From IMG/VR virus record IMGVR_UViG_3300012665_000405, positions 1 to 32,762 of that record: DNA of 32,762 nt; one strand, written 5' to 3'. Below, in pieces: positions 17,985 to 27,596 of the stretch. The stretch comes from a virus (taxonomy: Duplodnaviria > Caudoviricetes). Within the stretch, counting starts at the first letter, position 1; every line of letters begins with the position of its first letter. Below the pieces are notes generated by a model. The model ran no database searches. It saw only the letters and a program-made list of their open reading frames with translations, and was not told where the DNA came from. The translations under genes and the position numbers were made by a program.

Positions 17985-19858
17985 TGCCAAAACAAACTAT
18001 TGATTCAAGAAAAGCTCCCATACTATGGGAAACTGTTTATGATGCCTTTGGTAAGATAAACGATAACTTTACCGAACTTTATACAACTGTTAACCTTTTA
18101 GTACCAGGGGGTGTTGTTGACCTGACTGGGTTGTCTACATCGTTAATTCCCGCTGAAGGGGATGTATATGACCTGGGATCGTCAACTAAAAGATGGAAAG
18201 ACTTATATCTTAGCGGTAACAGTTTATATATAGGAAATGCTGTTGTAACTTCAACAGGTGGAGTATTAAATATTCCTGCAGGTTCTACAATTGGCGGCTC
18301 CTTAATTAAAGATCCAGTAGACGGAGCATTTAAAACTATATCAGTAAGTGGGCAGGAAAATATTGTCGCAGATAATACTTCGGACTCATTGAATATAACA
18401 GGAGTGGGCATTTCGCTTACTACCAACGCAACTACTGATACGCTTACAATCACTAACGCTGGAGTCACTTCTTTAACTGCTAGTACTGGTATCAGTGTTA
18501 ACAACAATACCGGTGCAGTGACTATTACAAATACAGGTGTTACTTCTTTAACTGCCAATACCGGTATTAATGTAACTTCAACTACCGGCGCTATTACTAT
18601 TTCGAACACAGGCGCTAGACAATTAAGAGCAGGGGATGGTATTATTTTAGATCCACTTAGCGGAACTGGCGTAGTTACCGTTACAAATAGTGCTCCTAAC
18701 ATTACACAGAATCTTTGGAAATTTATCAATGTACCAGGTAGTACAGTGTTAGATCCAGCAAACGCCATTGATACATTAACATTTTCTCCGGGCGACGGAG
18801 TTAGTATCACAACTAATACTCTAAGCAAATCAGTAAACATAACAAATACAGGAGTTACATCATTAGGAGCATCAAGTGGGATCAGCGTAAGTGGTTCAAC
18901 TGGGTCTGTGAATATTACTAATACCGGAGTTCTTAGTTTAGCAGCCGGTGACGGTATAAGTCTTAGCGGCAGCACTGGGAATGTTACAATATCATATAAT
19001 TCTCCAAAGTTTTCAACTATCGCTGTGCAAGGTGAAGAGTCAATTGCTGCAGATAATATCACAGATACAGTTACGCTAATCTCAGGACTAGGTATTATTA
19101 TTACAACTAATCCGTTGAATGATAGTATTACTATTGCTGCAGGTGGTGATAATCAGTCAAGCATCTATTCAACAGGAAGCACATTGCTTGTAGATGCAGA
19201 TTCTGGACTAATTGTCGGTGATGTGGTTAACGTTAGTACTAAGTCAAGTAGTGCGGTGTTTGGAAATAATTCACAAACCGATGCAGGTTACAAAGTTCAT
19301 ATACTAGGAGACCTAGGATTTACCAGTGGCAATATTATGATGAACGGTGGCGGAATCAATAATGCTATACTAAACAACGTCACTGGCGATTTACAAGGTT
19401 CTATATTTGGGTTTGACTCCACTAGACTCGTTGATGCTGACAATTCAAAGATTGTCGGAGCAATTGATACCGGATACAATGCTGTAATTAATAAAAACGA
19501 TGGAACTATAACTTTTAGCGGAACCGGAGCTCATGTTATTAATGCTACTACTGGTACATTAGCTGTTACGGCCAGTGCTGGTAACTTGTCTCTGAACAGT
19601 AGTTCAACTCTAGCATTAGCTGCGCCGTCTATCACACTAGGCAGCAATGGCACTGATCAAGTCAGTGTTGGAGCCACAGGCGGATTACCGTTTATTGTTA
19701 AAAGCAGATCTCCAGCAACAAGTAAGGGAGTAGCCGGAGATAAAGCTGGTATGATTGCGTTTAGTAACACCGCAGTATTTTACTGTAAAGCTGACTATAC
19801 CACTGGGACTGCGGATATATGGAATAGACAGACATTTACTAGTACCGGTGTTTGGTAA
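17984..19858 (+). CDS. tail fibre-like protein with Thr/Gly-rich repeats
   Basis: AFGKINDNFTELY N-terminus; YDLGSSTKRWKDLYLSG; ~25-aa ITNTGVTSLxAxxGI repeats. Confidence 0.8.
   Translation: MPKQTIDSRKAPILWETVYDAFGKINDNFTELYTTVNLLVPGGVVDLTGLSTSLIPAEGDVYDLGSSTKRWKDLYLSGNSLYIGNAVVTSTGGVLNIPAGSTIGGSLIKDPVDGAFKTISVSGQENIVADNTSDSLNITGVGISLTTNATTDTLTITNAGVTSLTASTGISVNNNTGAVTITNTGVTSLTANTGINVTSTTGAITISNTGARQLRAGDGIILDPLSGTGVVTVTNSAPNITQNLWKFINVPGSTVLDPANAIDTLTFSPGDGVSITTNTLSKSVNITNTGVTSLGASSGISVSGSTGSVNITNTGVLSLAAGDGISLSGSTGNVTISYNSPKFSTIAVQGEESIAADNITDTVTLISGLGIIITTNPLNDSITIAAGGDNQSSIYSTGSTLLVDADSGLIVGDVVNVSTKSSSAVFGNNSQTDAGYKVHILGDLGFTSGNIMMNGGGINNAILNNVTGDLQGSIFGFDSTRLVDADNSKIVGAIDTGYNAVINKNDGTITFSGTGAHVINATTGTLAVTASAGNLSLNSSSTLALAAPSITLGSNGTDQVSVGATGGLPFIVKSRSPATSKGVAGDKAGMIAFSNTAVFYCKADYTTGTADIWNRQTFTSTGVW
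18449..18995 (+). repeat. degenerate ~75-nt coding repeats
   Basis: ITNAGVTSLTASTGI, ITNTGVTSLTANTGI, ISNTGARQLRAGDGI, ITNTGVTSLGASSGI, ITNTGVLSLAAGDGI; boundaries approximate. Confidence 0.8.
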
Positions 19859-19873
19859 TCTATTATAACACGG

Positions 19874-19879
19874 TAAATA
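19874..19879 (+). promoter_or_regulatory. late promoter core TAAATA
   Basis: Intergenic TAAATA 18 nt before ATG 19898. Confidence 0.6.
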
Positions 19880-19897
19880 TACTAAAGAGAGCGCATA

Positions 19898-20464
19898 ATG
19901 ACAGTACAACAGATTAACATAGGTAACCAAGTAAATGACGGGCTAGGTGATGATCTACGCACCGCGTTTGAGAAAGTTAATGCTAATTTTATTGCCTTGG
20001 GAGAAGAATTAACCGTAACTGCAAGTAATGCTGGTTCAACAGGTGTACGGGTATTCAGACAAAAAACAGGATCCGACTTAGAATTTCGAAGATTACGTGC
20101 AGGTAATAAAATTGTGTTGGAAGAAACTGACACTAACATTCTTATAACTTCTAACCAAGCGGATGCATTTACTTCTATAACAACAGACGCAGGAGTTGTA
20201 GTTGCTAGCAGTCAGGCAGGAACTGTAGGAATTACAGTCCAAGGTAGCAAAAATATTAATGTTACTGCTGCTAATCCGTCTAGTCCCGGAACTATCACTA
20301 TAGACACTGATTTAAATCTAAATCAAATTTTACTTAATATGGATTTTGGTCCTATTACTTCTGCATTTGTTAATCCAACCCAACTTGCGTTACAAGCAGC
20401 TAACATAGATTTTGGAACTATTGAAATACCCGGGGCTCTGAGTTTAGACCTAGGGGCACCATAA
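19898..20464 (+). CDS. baseplate/tail-associated structural protein
   Basis: N-terminal INIGNQVNDGLGDDLRTAFEKVNANF gp9/10-like motif. Confidence 0.75.
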   Translation: MTVQQINIGNQVNDGLGDDLRTAFEKVNANFIALGEELTVTASNAGSTGVRVFRQKTGSDLEFRRLRAGNKIVLEETDTNILITSNQADAFTSITTDAGVVVASSQAGTVGITVQGSKNINVTAANPSSPGTITIDTDLNLNQILLNMDFGPITSAFVNPTQLALQAANIDFGTIEIPGALSLDLGAP

Positions 20465-20474
20465 GGAATTTTCC

Positions 20475-22958
20475 ATGGCAGTTAATTGGGTAACGCCTGC
20501 AGGAGATTTAGGAATACTTGTTGAGAGAATTTCTATAAACATCTCGCTACAAGCTTCTTCTTCAGGTACCATAACATATTCTCTACTCGCAGGATCACTG
20601 CCTCGTGGACTACGACTCAACGGCAATACTATCAAAGGAAGCCCTACTGAGGTAAACCAATTTACTACTAGTAAGTTTGTTATTCGAGCCGACGACGGTG
20701 AGGATATAGCAGATCGTACGTTTAGTCTTTCAGTCGATGGTAGCGATCTTCCTCTATGGATTACCAAGAGAGGATTTTTAAATGTTGGGCCTGCTGAGGC
20801 CTATTTTGTATTAGATAATAGCTTTGTTGATTATCAATTAATTGCTGAAGATACTGATACCGTAGCCGGCGATACGTTAGAATATTATCTTACGCCGATG
20901 GGAGGAGAAATGCCTCCAGGATTAACTCTTACAAAAGACGGAAGGATTACTGGATTTACAGATCCCATCTTTTCGATTGCGTATGGCAACGCAACTAGTG
21001 GAGCATACGATACCGGAGGGTTTGATATTGCCCCTTTGGATAGAATGGAGGCCCAGTCCAATGGATATGACAGCTACCTTTATGACTTAGAAAATTTTGA
21101 TTACTCAGAAGCTAGCCAGGTTCCAAGAAGATTAAGTCGAGCATATTCATTTGTTATTACTGTTACTGATGGACGTAATCAAGTTAATAGATTGTTCCAA
21201 ATGTGGGTTGTAACTGAAGAATTCTTGCAAGCTGACAACTCTATTATTCAGGTTGACACAAATTTATTTACATCAGATGCGTCGTCAAATAGAATACCAT
21301 ACTGGATCACAGAGTCATACCTTGGAAGACATCGTGCAAATAACTATCTGACTATATTATTAGATACGTATCGAGCTCCTGGCTTAACTGGTACTCTAGT
21401 TTATTTTCTTCTGTCAACTAACCCCGACGGAAGTAATAGCGTGTTGCCGCCTGGCATGGCTATTGATCAAGATACCGGAGACATTGCCGGCTCAGTTCCG
21501 TATCAAGCGGCGGTAACGAGAAACTTTACATTTACTGTACGAGCTGTTAATTTTTTATATGAAATAGCTTCATCAAGTTATAATATTCGAGGAGAGTGGA
21601 GTTCTTCAATAACCTATGCAGTATATGATGCAGTGACCTATGACGGACTTGTATATATTTGTTCTGTAGAACATCGCAATATATTACCAACAAACTCAGA
21701 CTATTGGATCAGTAGCGTATCAATTAGTGATAAAACTTTTAATATTGATATCATAGGTGAGATTGAAAGTGCGATTGAATGGGTAACTGATGGCGATTTA
21801 GGAGTTATAGAGCCAGCTAAGCCTAGTATGCTATACGTTGAAGCAACTAGTTTATTATATGGCAACACTACTAGTTACGAATTAGCTGAAGGGGAGTTGC
21901 CTCCCGGTCTAGAATTACTTAATACTGGTAGCATACAAGGCAAGGTAAAACAATTTGGCGATCTTGCAGGAGCAGGTCTTACAAGGTTTTATGAAAAATT
22001 TGACAGCGAAGGATTGAATAGTTCAACTAGTGACAGTTCTTTGACGGGTAGAAATTTTGAGGATACTTGGGATTCTAATACCACTACATTTGATCGAAAA
22101 TTTAAATTTACAATCATAGCCAGAGATTCTTCTAGATTTTCTCAAAGTTCAAAACAGTTTGAACTAGTTGTCAGTGATATAACAAATAAAACATTTGCCA
22201 ATCTTTATCTAAAAGCATTTCAACCCAAGAGTAATAGACTTGAATGGTTTAATTTTATAACAAATGCATCCATATTTCAAAGTGCAGATATTTATAGATA
22301 CGGCGATGTAAATTTTGGAGTGCAAACTGAAATTAAAATTATATTGTTTGCAGGAATCGAAAGTCAAGAAGCTGTAAGATACGTGCAAGCAATGAGTCGA
22401 AATCATTATAAAAAACAATTAAGATTTGGAACTGTAAAATCAGCGGAAGCAAAAGATCCCGTAACTCAAGAAACATTGTACGAAGTTGTATATGTTGATA
22501 TTGTAGACGAGTTTGAGAAAAACGGAAAGAGTATCAGTCGAATCGTTAACTTACCTGACAATATCAATAGTCCTGTATTAGTCAGCTACGATTCTATAAA
22601 AATAGATAGCAATATTCCACTAGTAAGTGATCGAGATCATCAACGTATTTTTCCTAATTCTATAAAGAATATGAGAAAACAAATACAATCGGTTGGGGAT
22701 ATAGATCGCACATATCTGCCTCTTTGGATGAGAAGTTTGCAAAAAGATGCTTACTTTGAATCAGGATATGTAAGTGCTTTGCCATTATGTTATGCAAAAC
22801 CTGGAAAAGCTAAAAGCATTATTAGCAGAATCAAACTTAATGGTTTTGATTTTAAAAAAATAAACTTTACCGCAGATCGCTATCTAATTGACATATTAGG
22901 GAATCAGATAGAACATAAATATCTTGCGTTCCCACAAACTGGAGAAAAACTACCGTGA
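20475..22958 (+). CDS. Ig-like (He_PIG-type) repeat virion/baseplate protein
   Basis: Four LP(P/R)G(L/M)..G.I.G repeats; WSSSITYAVYDAVTYDGLVYIC carbohydrate-binding-like segment; AAGGA RBS. Confidence 0.75.
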   Translation: MAVNWVTPAGDLGILVERISINISLQASSSGTITYSLLAGSLPRGLRLNGNTIKGSPTEVNQFTTSKFVIRADDGEDIADRTFSLSVDGSDLPLWITKRGFLNVGPAEAYFVLDNSFVDYQLIAEDTDTVAGDTLEYYLTPMGGEMPPGLTLTKDGRITGFTDPIFSIAYGNATSGAYDTGGFDIAPLDRMEAQSNGYDSYLYDLENFDYSEASQVPRRLSRAYSFVITVTDGRNQVNRLFQMWVVTEEFLQADNSIIQVDTNLFTSDASSNRIPYWITESYLGRHRANNYLTILLDTYRAPGLTGTLVYFLLSTNPDGSNSVLPPGMAIDQDTGDIAGSVPYQAAVTRNFTFTVRAVNFLYEIASSSYNIRGEWSSSITYAVYDAVTYDGLVYICSVEHRNILPTNSDYWISSVSISDKTFNIDIIGEIESAIEWVTDGDLGVIEPAKPSMLYVEATSLLYGNTTSYELAEGELPPGLELLNTGSIQGKVKQFGDLAGAGLTRFYEKFDSEGLNSSTSDSSLTGRNFEDTWDSNTTTFDRKFKFTIIARDSSRFSQSSKQFELVVSDITNKTFANLYLKAFQPKSNRLEWFNFITNASIFQSADIYRYGDVNFGVQTEIKIILFAGIESQEAVRYVQAMSRNHYKKQLRFGTVKSAEAKDPVTQETLYEVVYVDIVDEFEKNGKSISRIVNLPDNINSPVLVSYDSIKIDSNIPLVSDRDHQRIFPNSIKNMRKQIQSVGDIDRTYLPLWMRSLQKDAYFESGYVSALPLCYAKPGKAKSIISRIKLNGFDFKKINFTADRYLIDILGNQIEHKYLAFPQTGEKLP

Positions 22959-23566
22959 GCAACATTAATTATTTAAATATCGAACCAAACTTTCCTGTTG
23001 CAGGGCAAGATAATGACACCCAAACATTCAGAGACAATTTTAGCAGTATTAGAACCAATTTTCAATATGCTCAAGATGAAATAACTAATCTAGAGAGCAA
23101 TACTGCAAAAACAAATGCTGACAATGATTTTCAAAAGCATACTATTGAAAAAGCAGTAATGCTTAATACTCGTGAGTTAGTTAAACCAATTTCTGTTTAC
23201 GTTGAAGGGCAAGGAATTGACTACGAAGTAGCACCTTATCAGATCTTTAAATTTACTTCAAACGGCTCGGTAACATTCGAAAACCTTCCAGGTGATATTA
23301 ATATCATCGACGAACTAGTACCAGGTGTGGGTAAATTAACTCTAGAATTATATGGTTCCGGGACTGGAACCCAATATGTTACATTTACATCAAGTGGTGG
23401 TGCAACTATTAAGAAAAGCGGATTTCCAGCATTAGACGAAGAAGGCATTTTACTCAATGCTAATCTAGCGGTTAGTTCTGCAGCCAATCCTGTAGTAGTT
23501 CAAGTATGGCGCCATAGTGCCGACAATAGTAGTATCTTTGTCAGATACGTAGGACTTTTTGAATAA
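22955..23566 (+). CDS. putative structural protein
   Basis: GTG start with GGAGA RBS; FPVAGQDNDTQTFRDNF N-terminal motif; TAAATA at 22916-22921. Confidence 0.7.
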   Translation: MSNINYLNIEPNFPVAGQDNDTQTFRDNFSSIRTNFQYAQDEITNLESNTAKTNADNDFQKHTIEKAVMLNTRELVKPISVYVEGQGIDYEVAPYQIFKFTSNGSVTFENLPGDINIIDELVPGVGKLTLELYGSGTGTQYVTFTSSGGATIKKSGFPALDEEGILLNANLAVSSAANPVVVQVWRHSADNSSIFVRYVGLFE

Positions 23567-23796
23567 TGTTTAATCCGTTAGTGGGAGAATTAGCTCACTT
23601 TAAAGACAACGAATTAGACGATAAAATTTTAGACCTTTCTAAAAAACTCCAGTTTGCCGCACGGATTGGCAAAGTTGATCTCTTGACACAACTGAATACA
23701 TTGCTTATAATGTATAAAGAGGAACGAACAAAACGATCCCTTTCTAGAAAAACACAGCTAGATGGAGATCTGGATCAACTTATTAATGTCGATTAA
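23566..23796 (+). CDS. small helical hypothetical protein
   Basis: 76 aa, TAATG-coupled. Confidence 0.75.
   Translation: MFNPLVGELAHFKDNELDDKILDLSKKLQFAARIGKVDLLTQLNTLLIMYKEERTKRSLSRKTQLDGDLDQLINVD
23683..23711 (+). promoter_or_regulatory. sigma70-type promoter inside the 76-aa gene, upstream of the DnaE fragment
   Basis: TTGACA 23683-23688, 17-nt spacer, TATAAT 23706-23711. Confidence 0.8.
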
Positions 23797-24265
23797 ATAT
23801 ACCGAAGATATACTCAGCAAAGCAGTAATGAAACATGGTCCAGATATTTTGGCCAAGTGTCTTGCTGACTTTGATTCTATTGAAAAATACATAAACACCA
23901 TCTATGATGAAAAATTAAATTATCCAATTCCTTCAGATACTATCAACAAAGACAATTGGTTAATTCCTAAAAAATATGCAGAGTTAAATATCGAAGACTT
24001 TGTTCTAAAGAAAACTACTACTGAGATAGAATATCAACGAGCAGCTTTAGAATTGGAGTTGTTTAAAAAACACAATATGATAGATGCATTAAAAACAATG
24101 GTGTATGTTGTTGATACTCTTAGAGAAAATAACATTGTTTGGGGTGTAGGAAGAGGTTCTAGTGTAGCAAGTTATGTACTTCACATTATTGGGGTGCATA
24201 AGATAAACAGTATTAAATACAATATACCAATAGAAGAATTCTTTAAAGGAGATCAAAATGGGTAA
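23786..24265 (+). CDS. stand-alone DNA polymerase III alpha (DnaE)-like fragment
   Basis: EYQRAALELE..YVVDTLRENNIVWGVGRGSSVASYVLHIIGVHKINSIKYNIPIEEF resembles the DnaE GPGRGSAAGSLVAY.LGIT..DP....L.FERF motif; start likely ATG 23786. Confidence 0.8.
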   Translation: MSIKYTEDILSKAVMKHGPDILAKCLADFDSIEKYINTIYDEKLNYPIPSDTINKDNWLIPKKYAELNIEDFVLKKTTTEIEYQRAALELELFKKHNMIDALKTMVYVVDTLRENNIVWGVGRGSSVASYVLHIIGVHKINSIKYNIPIEEFFKGDQNG

Positions 24266-24479
24266 AACACATACAAGTATGAGAGGCGTTCCGATTGACA
24301 TGGAAAAGCTCAATTTACAAAATGAACTAATGCCAGCTGTAGGCAATGTAAAAGTTAATGCTCGAGGCGACGAACTCGGAAGTGGCGGTAAGATTGTAAA
24401 AACTCGTGAGCAGATTCTGCAGGATTATTATAAAAATTCAAATTCTATAGAAGATACTACTCCTACAAGAAAGAAATAA
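24258..24479 (+). CDS. hypothetical phage protein
   Basis: AAGGAG RBS; AVGNVKVNARGDELG motif; TAAATA at 24214-24219. Confidence 0.8.
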   Translation: MGKTHTSMRGVPIDMEKLNLQNELMPAVGNVKVNARGDELGSGGKIVKTREQILQDYYKNSNSIEDTTPTRKK

Positions 24480-24482
24480 TTC

Positions 24483-24899
24483 ATGGCCATTAATCCAATT
24501 AAAGCAAAATCTATTCGTGCATTAAATGACGATGTATTAGTTTCTGACATGGACATGGGCGAAATGGTCACTGCTGGTGGTATTGTTATTCAAAGTGATG
24601 ACGGTAAAGCTCACGGTGTTAAACCTCGCTGGGCTAAAGTTTATTGCGTAGGCCCAAAGCAAACTGATGTTAAAGTTGGACAATGGATTTTTATAGAGCA
24701 CGGCAGATGGACACGCAAGATGTCTATTGAAATTGACAACGAAGTCAAAGAAGTGCAAAAAGTAGAAGTAAAATCTATCATTGCGGTGTCAGACGAGAAA
24801 CCCAATACCGCATATCTTGGCGTTGAATATTCTAATGGTTCAGGTATTGATATTCGTCCAGAAGATTTTATGCCCGGGAATTTATCTAAGATTAATTAA
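24483..24899 (+). CDS. groES: GroES/Cpn10-like co-chaperonin
   Basis: IRALNDDVLV..TAGGIVI..AKVYCVGP..DVKVGQWI..IIAV pattern. Confidence 0.8.
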   Translation: MAINPIKAKSIRALNDDVLVSDMDMGEMVTAGGIVIQSDDGKAHGVKPRWAKVYCVGPKQTDVKVGQWIFIEHGRWTRKMSIEIDNEVKEVQKVEVKSIIAVSDEKPNTAYLGVEYSNGSGIDIRPEDFMPGNLSKIN

Positions 24900-25141
24900 T
24901 GACTCTAAGAAAGAAGGATTGGGATGTCGGCAACATTGCATCCCAAATTAATTCTATCTCTAGAGCATCTGCAGATCCTCGCAACGACGGATTTACCTCG
25001 CTTGAACTTAAAAAAGATCTGTATATTATAAAAGAATTAATCCATACAGCTTTGCAAAGATGTCCGAACTTCGGAACTATAGAAGAAGACTGGTTGACTG
25101 ATAGAGAAAAACAACGTATAATTAAAATACTCAAAGACTAA
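24899..25141 (+). CDS. hypothetical protein
   Basis: 80 aa, TAATG-coupled. Confidence 0.75.
   Translation: MTLRKKDWDVGNIASQINSISRASADPRNDGFTSLELKKDLYIIKELIHTALQRCPNFGTIEEDWLTDREKQRIIKILKD
25094..25122 (+). promoter_or_regulatory. sigma70-type promoter for the nucleotide/replication cluster
   Basis: TTGACT 25094-25099, 17-nt spacer, TATAAT 25117-25122; AAGGAG before 25155. Confidence 0.8.
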
Positions 25142-25154
25142 GGAGTATTACATT

Positions 25155-25520
25155 ATGACGAATCCGTTTAGGGATCAAGAAAAGTTTATGCGATCATGCG
25201 ATCAAACAGTTGATGCATACAACGAAACGCAATTTGAATTATATCTCAGTTTAATTGCAGAAGAAGCTCAAGAACTATCTCAAGCAGTAGCTAACAATGA
25301 TCGTATCGAAACACTCGACGCACTGATCGATATTTTAGTTGTAACTGTCGGTGCTATTCATAGCATGGGTGCCGATGCCGAAGGCGCTTGGAAAGAAGTT
25401 ATGATGACAAACTTTGCTAAGATTGACAGCGAAACTGGAAAGGTGCGTAAGCGCGAAGATGGCAAGGTACTTAAGCCAATGGGCTGGACCGCTCCTAATT
25501 TAACACCTTTTGTAAAATGA
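25155..25520 (+). CDS. MazG-like/PRA-PH NTP pyrophosphohydrolase
   Basis: LIAEEAQEL..ETLDALIDILVV..EVMMTNFAK..KREDGKVLKP motifs. Confidence 0.85.
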   Translation: MTNPFRDQEKFMRSCDQTVDAYNETQFELYLSLIAEEAQELSQAVANNDRIETLDALIDILVVTVGAIHSMGADAEGAWKEVMMTNFAKIDSETGKVRKREDGKVLKPMGWTAPNLTPFVK

Positions 25521-25948
25521 CAGTTGGATTTACCTGCTCAACCTTTGATCTGTTTCATGCCGGTCATATTATGATGCTCAAAGAAGCAAAGACACAATGC
25601 GATCATTTAATTGTGGGACTGCAAACAGATCCTACAATTGATCGCCCAGGAATTAAAAACAAACCTGTTCAAAGTGTATTTGAACGCTACGAACAGCTTA
25701 AAGCCTGTAAGTATATTGACGAAATTCTTGTCTACGAAACTGAACAAGATCTTGTAAACATCTTGCTTTCTTATCCTATTAATGTTAGAATACTAGGACA
25801 AGAGTACGAACACGATGATTTTACAGGACGAAGGGAATGTGTAGATCGTGGTATTGATTTGTACTTTAATAAGCGTGAACATAACTTTTCAACCAGTGAA
25901 CTGCGGCAGCGAGTAATTGCAGCAGAAATTAATAAAGGACTGAAATAA
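25517..25948 (+). CDS. cytidylyltransferase (TagD-like, HIGH superfamily)
   Basis: TFDLFHAGH, LIVGLQTD, ERYEQL..CKYIDE, FSTSELR. Confidence 0.88.
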   Translation: MTVGFTCSTFDLFHAGHIMMLKEAKTQCDHLIVGLQTDPTIDRPGIKNKPVQSVFERYEQLKACKYIDEILVYETEQDLVNILLSYPINVRILGQEYEHDDFTGRRECVDRGIDLYFNKREHNFSTSELRQRVIAAEINKGLK

Positions 25949-26169
25949 TGTACAAGACGATCTATACAGAAGTCGAAGTAGATGTTGATCTTGCAGATTT
26001 TGAAACTGATGACCTAATTGAAGAATTAGAGAGCCGCGGTGCTGGAGCTACTGACTACGGAGATGGTAAAGAAATTCTGCAAGCTATCTATGAAAAACGT
26101 AGGCTAGGCAAAGACTACCAATCGGAATTAGAAGCATTAATTTATTTAGGCTTAGGCAAAATTGTATGA
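25948..26169 (+). CDS. hypothetical acidic protein
   Basis: 73 aa, AAGGA RBS, coupled. Confidence 0.75.
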   Translation: MYKTIYTEVEVDVDLADFETDDLIEELESRGAGATDYGDGKEILQAIYEKRRLGKDYQSELEALIYLGLGKIV

Positions 26170-26357
26170 GGAATCTAGAGTTAGTAGACGCTGTTATAGC
26201 ACTACATGAAATTGCTCGTACAGTTGCCGAAGAAATCGGGCAGGGTCAACTACATGACGACATACGGTCCTGTGCAGATCGGTTACATGAGTTCTCGATT
26301 TCTGACAGTAAAAATAGTACAATAACACAAGACATTATTAAAAAGGCAAAAGAATGA
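26166..26357 (+). CDS. hypothetical protein
   Basis: 63 aa, ATGA overlaps at both ends. Confidence 0.7.
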   Translation: MRNLELVDAVIALHEIARTVAEEIGQGQLHDDIRSCADRLHEFSISDSKNSTITQDIIKKAKE

Positions 26358-27268
26358 AAGAACTATGGGTAGAAAAATACCGTCCTAAAACAGTAGACGG
26401 CTATGTGTTTAGAGATGAAGCACAGAGAAAACAAATCAAAACTTGGATCAAAGATAAAAGCATTCCTCATTTGTTACTAAGTGGTGCTGCTGGTATTGGT
26501 AAAACTACACTGGCTAAAATTCTTATTAATGAAATTGGCATTGAAGATTACGATGTATTAGAAATTAACGCAAGCCGTACTAACTCAGTAGACGATGTTC
26601 GTGATAAGATTACAAACTTTGTTCAGATGATTCCGTTTGGTCCATTTAAAGTTGTTCTACTAGACGAGGCCGATTACCTATCACCTAACGCACAAGCAGC
26701 CTTGCGTGGTGTCATGGAAGAATATCACTCAACTAGTCGATTCATTCTAACCTGCAACTATCCTAATCGGATTATTCCAGCCCTGCATAGTCGTTGTCAA
26801 GGCTTTCACGTTGAAAGAACTGACCAAACAGAGTTTACTGCTCGTGTTGCTACAATTCTTGTAGAAGAAAATGTAGAATTTGATCTCGATACTCTAGATA
26901 ATTATGTAAAAGTTGCTTATCCGGATTTGCGCAAATGCATACAATTAGTACAGCAGAACTCAACAGAAGGTAACTTAGCTGCACCTAATAAAGGTGATGC
27001 TGGGGAAGCTGACTGGAAATTTGATATGGTTGAGCTTTTTAAGGCTGGAAAGATTACCGAGGCACGTAAAATGCTTTGCGGAAAACTTCGTGGAGAAGAG
27101 ATGGAAGAAGTCTATCGCTGGTTGTATGATAACATCAGTATCTTTGGGGAAGAAGATAAACAAGATAGTGCGGTACTCATCATCAAACAAGGTTTAGTTG
27201 ATCACACATTAATTGTTGACCCTGAGATCAATCTGTCAGCAGTATTGATTAAATTAGGAAGGTTATAA
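26354..27268 (+). CDS. sliding clamp loader AAA+ subunit (T4 gp44/RFC-small-like)
   Basis: LWVEKYRP, Walker [15 protein letters not shown], Walker B LLDEAD, AQAALR, SRC motif. Confidence 0.93.
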   Translation: MKELWVEKYRPKTVDGYVFRDEAQRKQIKTWIKDKSIPHLLLSGAAGIGKTTLAKILINEIGIEDYDVLEINASRTNSVDDVRDKITNFVQMIPFGPFKVVLLDEADYLSPNAQAALRGVMEEYHSTSRFILTCNYPNRIIPALHSRCQGFHVERTDQTEFTARVATILVEENVEFDLDTLDNYVKVAYPDLRKCIQLVQQNSTEGNLAAPNKGDAGEADWKFDMVELFKAGKITEARKMLCGKLRGEEMEEVYRWLYDNISIFGEEDKQDSAVLIIKQGLVDHTLIVDPEINLSAVLIKLGRL

Positions 27269-27272
27269 ATTA

Positions 27273-27596
27273 ATGACATTTTTAGTAACTGAAAATTGCA
27301 TTAAATGCAAACATACAGACTGTGTAGAAGTTTGTCCCGTTGACTGTTTCTACGAAGGTCCTAATTTCTTAGCTATTAATCCAAACGAATGTATAGATTG
27401 CGGAGTTTGTGTTCCAGAATGTCCAGTAGATGCTATCGTTGCTGACAACGATGTAAACACAGATATCAATCAGTGGCGAGAAATTAACACTAGATTAAGC
27501 TCTAAGTGGCCTGTTATAACTAAGAAAAAGGCTGCGTTACCAGATGCTGACCAGTGGAACGGCGTAGAAGGTAAGCTCAAATATCTAGAAGAATGA
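27273..27596 (+). CDS. fdxA: FdxA-type ferredoxin
   Basis: [38 protein letters not shown], Azotobacter FdI-like with typical C-terminal tail. Confidence 0.93.
   Translation: MTFLVTENCIKCKHTDCVEVCPVDCFYEGPNFLAINPNECIDCGVCVPECPVDAIVADNDVNTDINQWREINTRLSSKWPVITKKKAALPDADQWNGVEGKLKYLEE

Noticed and set aside
18079-19062. 327-aa antisense ORF
   Set aside because: Shadow of the Thr/Gly/Asn-rich repeat gene; no RBS or promoter, mirrors the sense repeats
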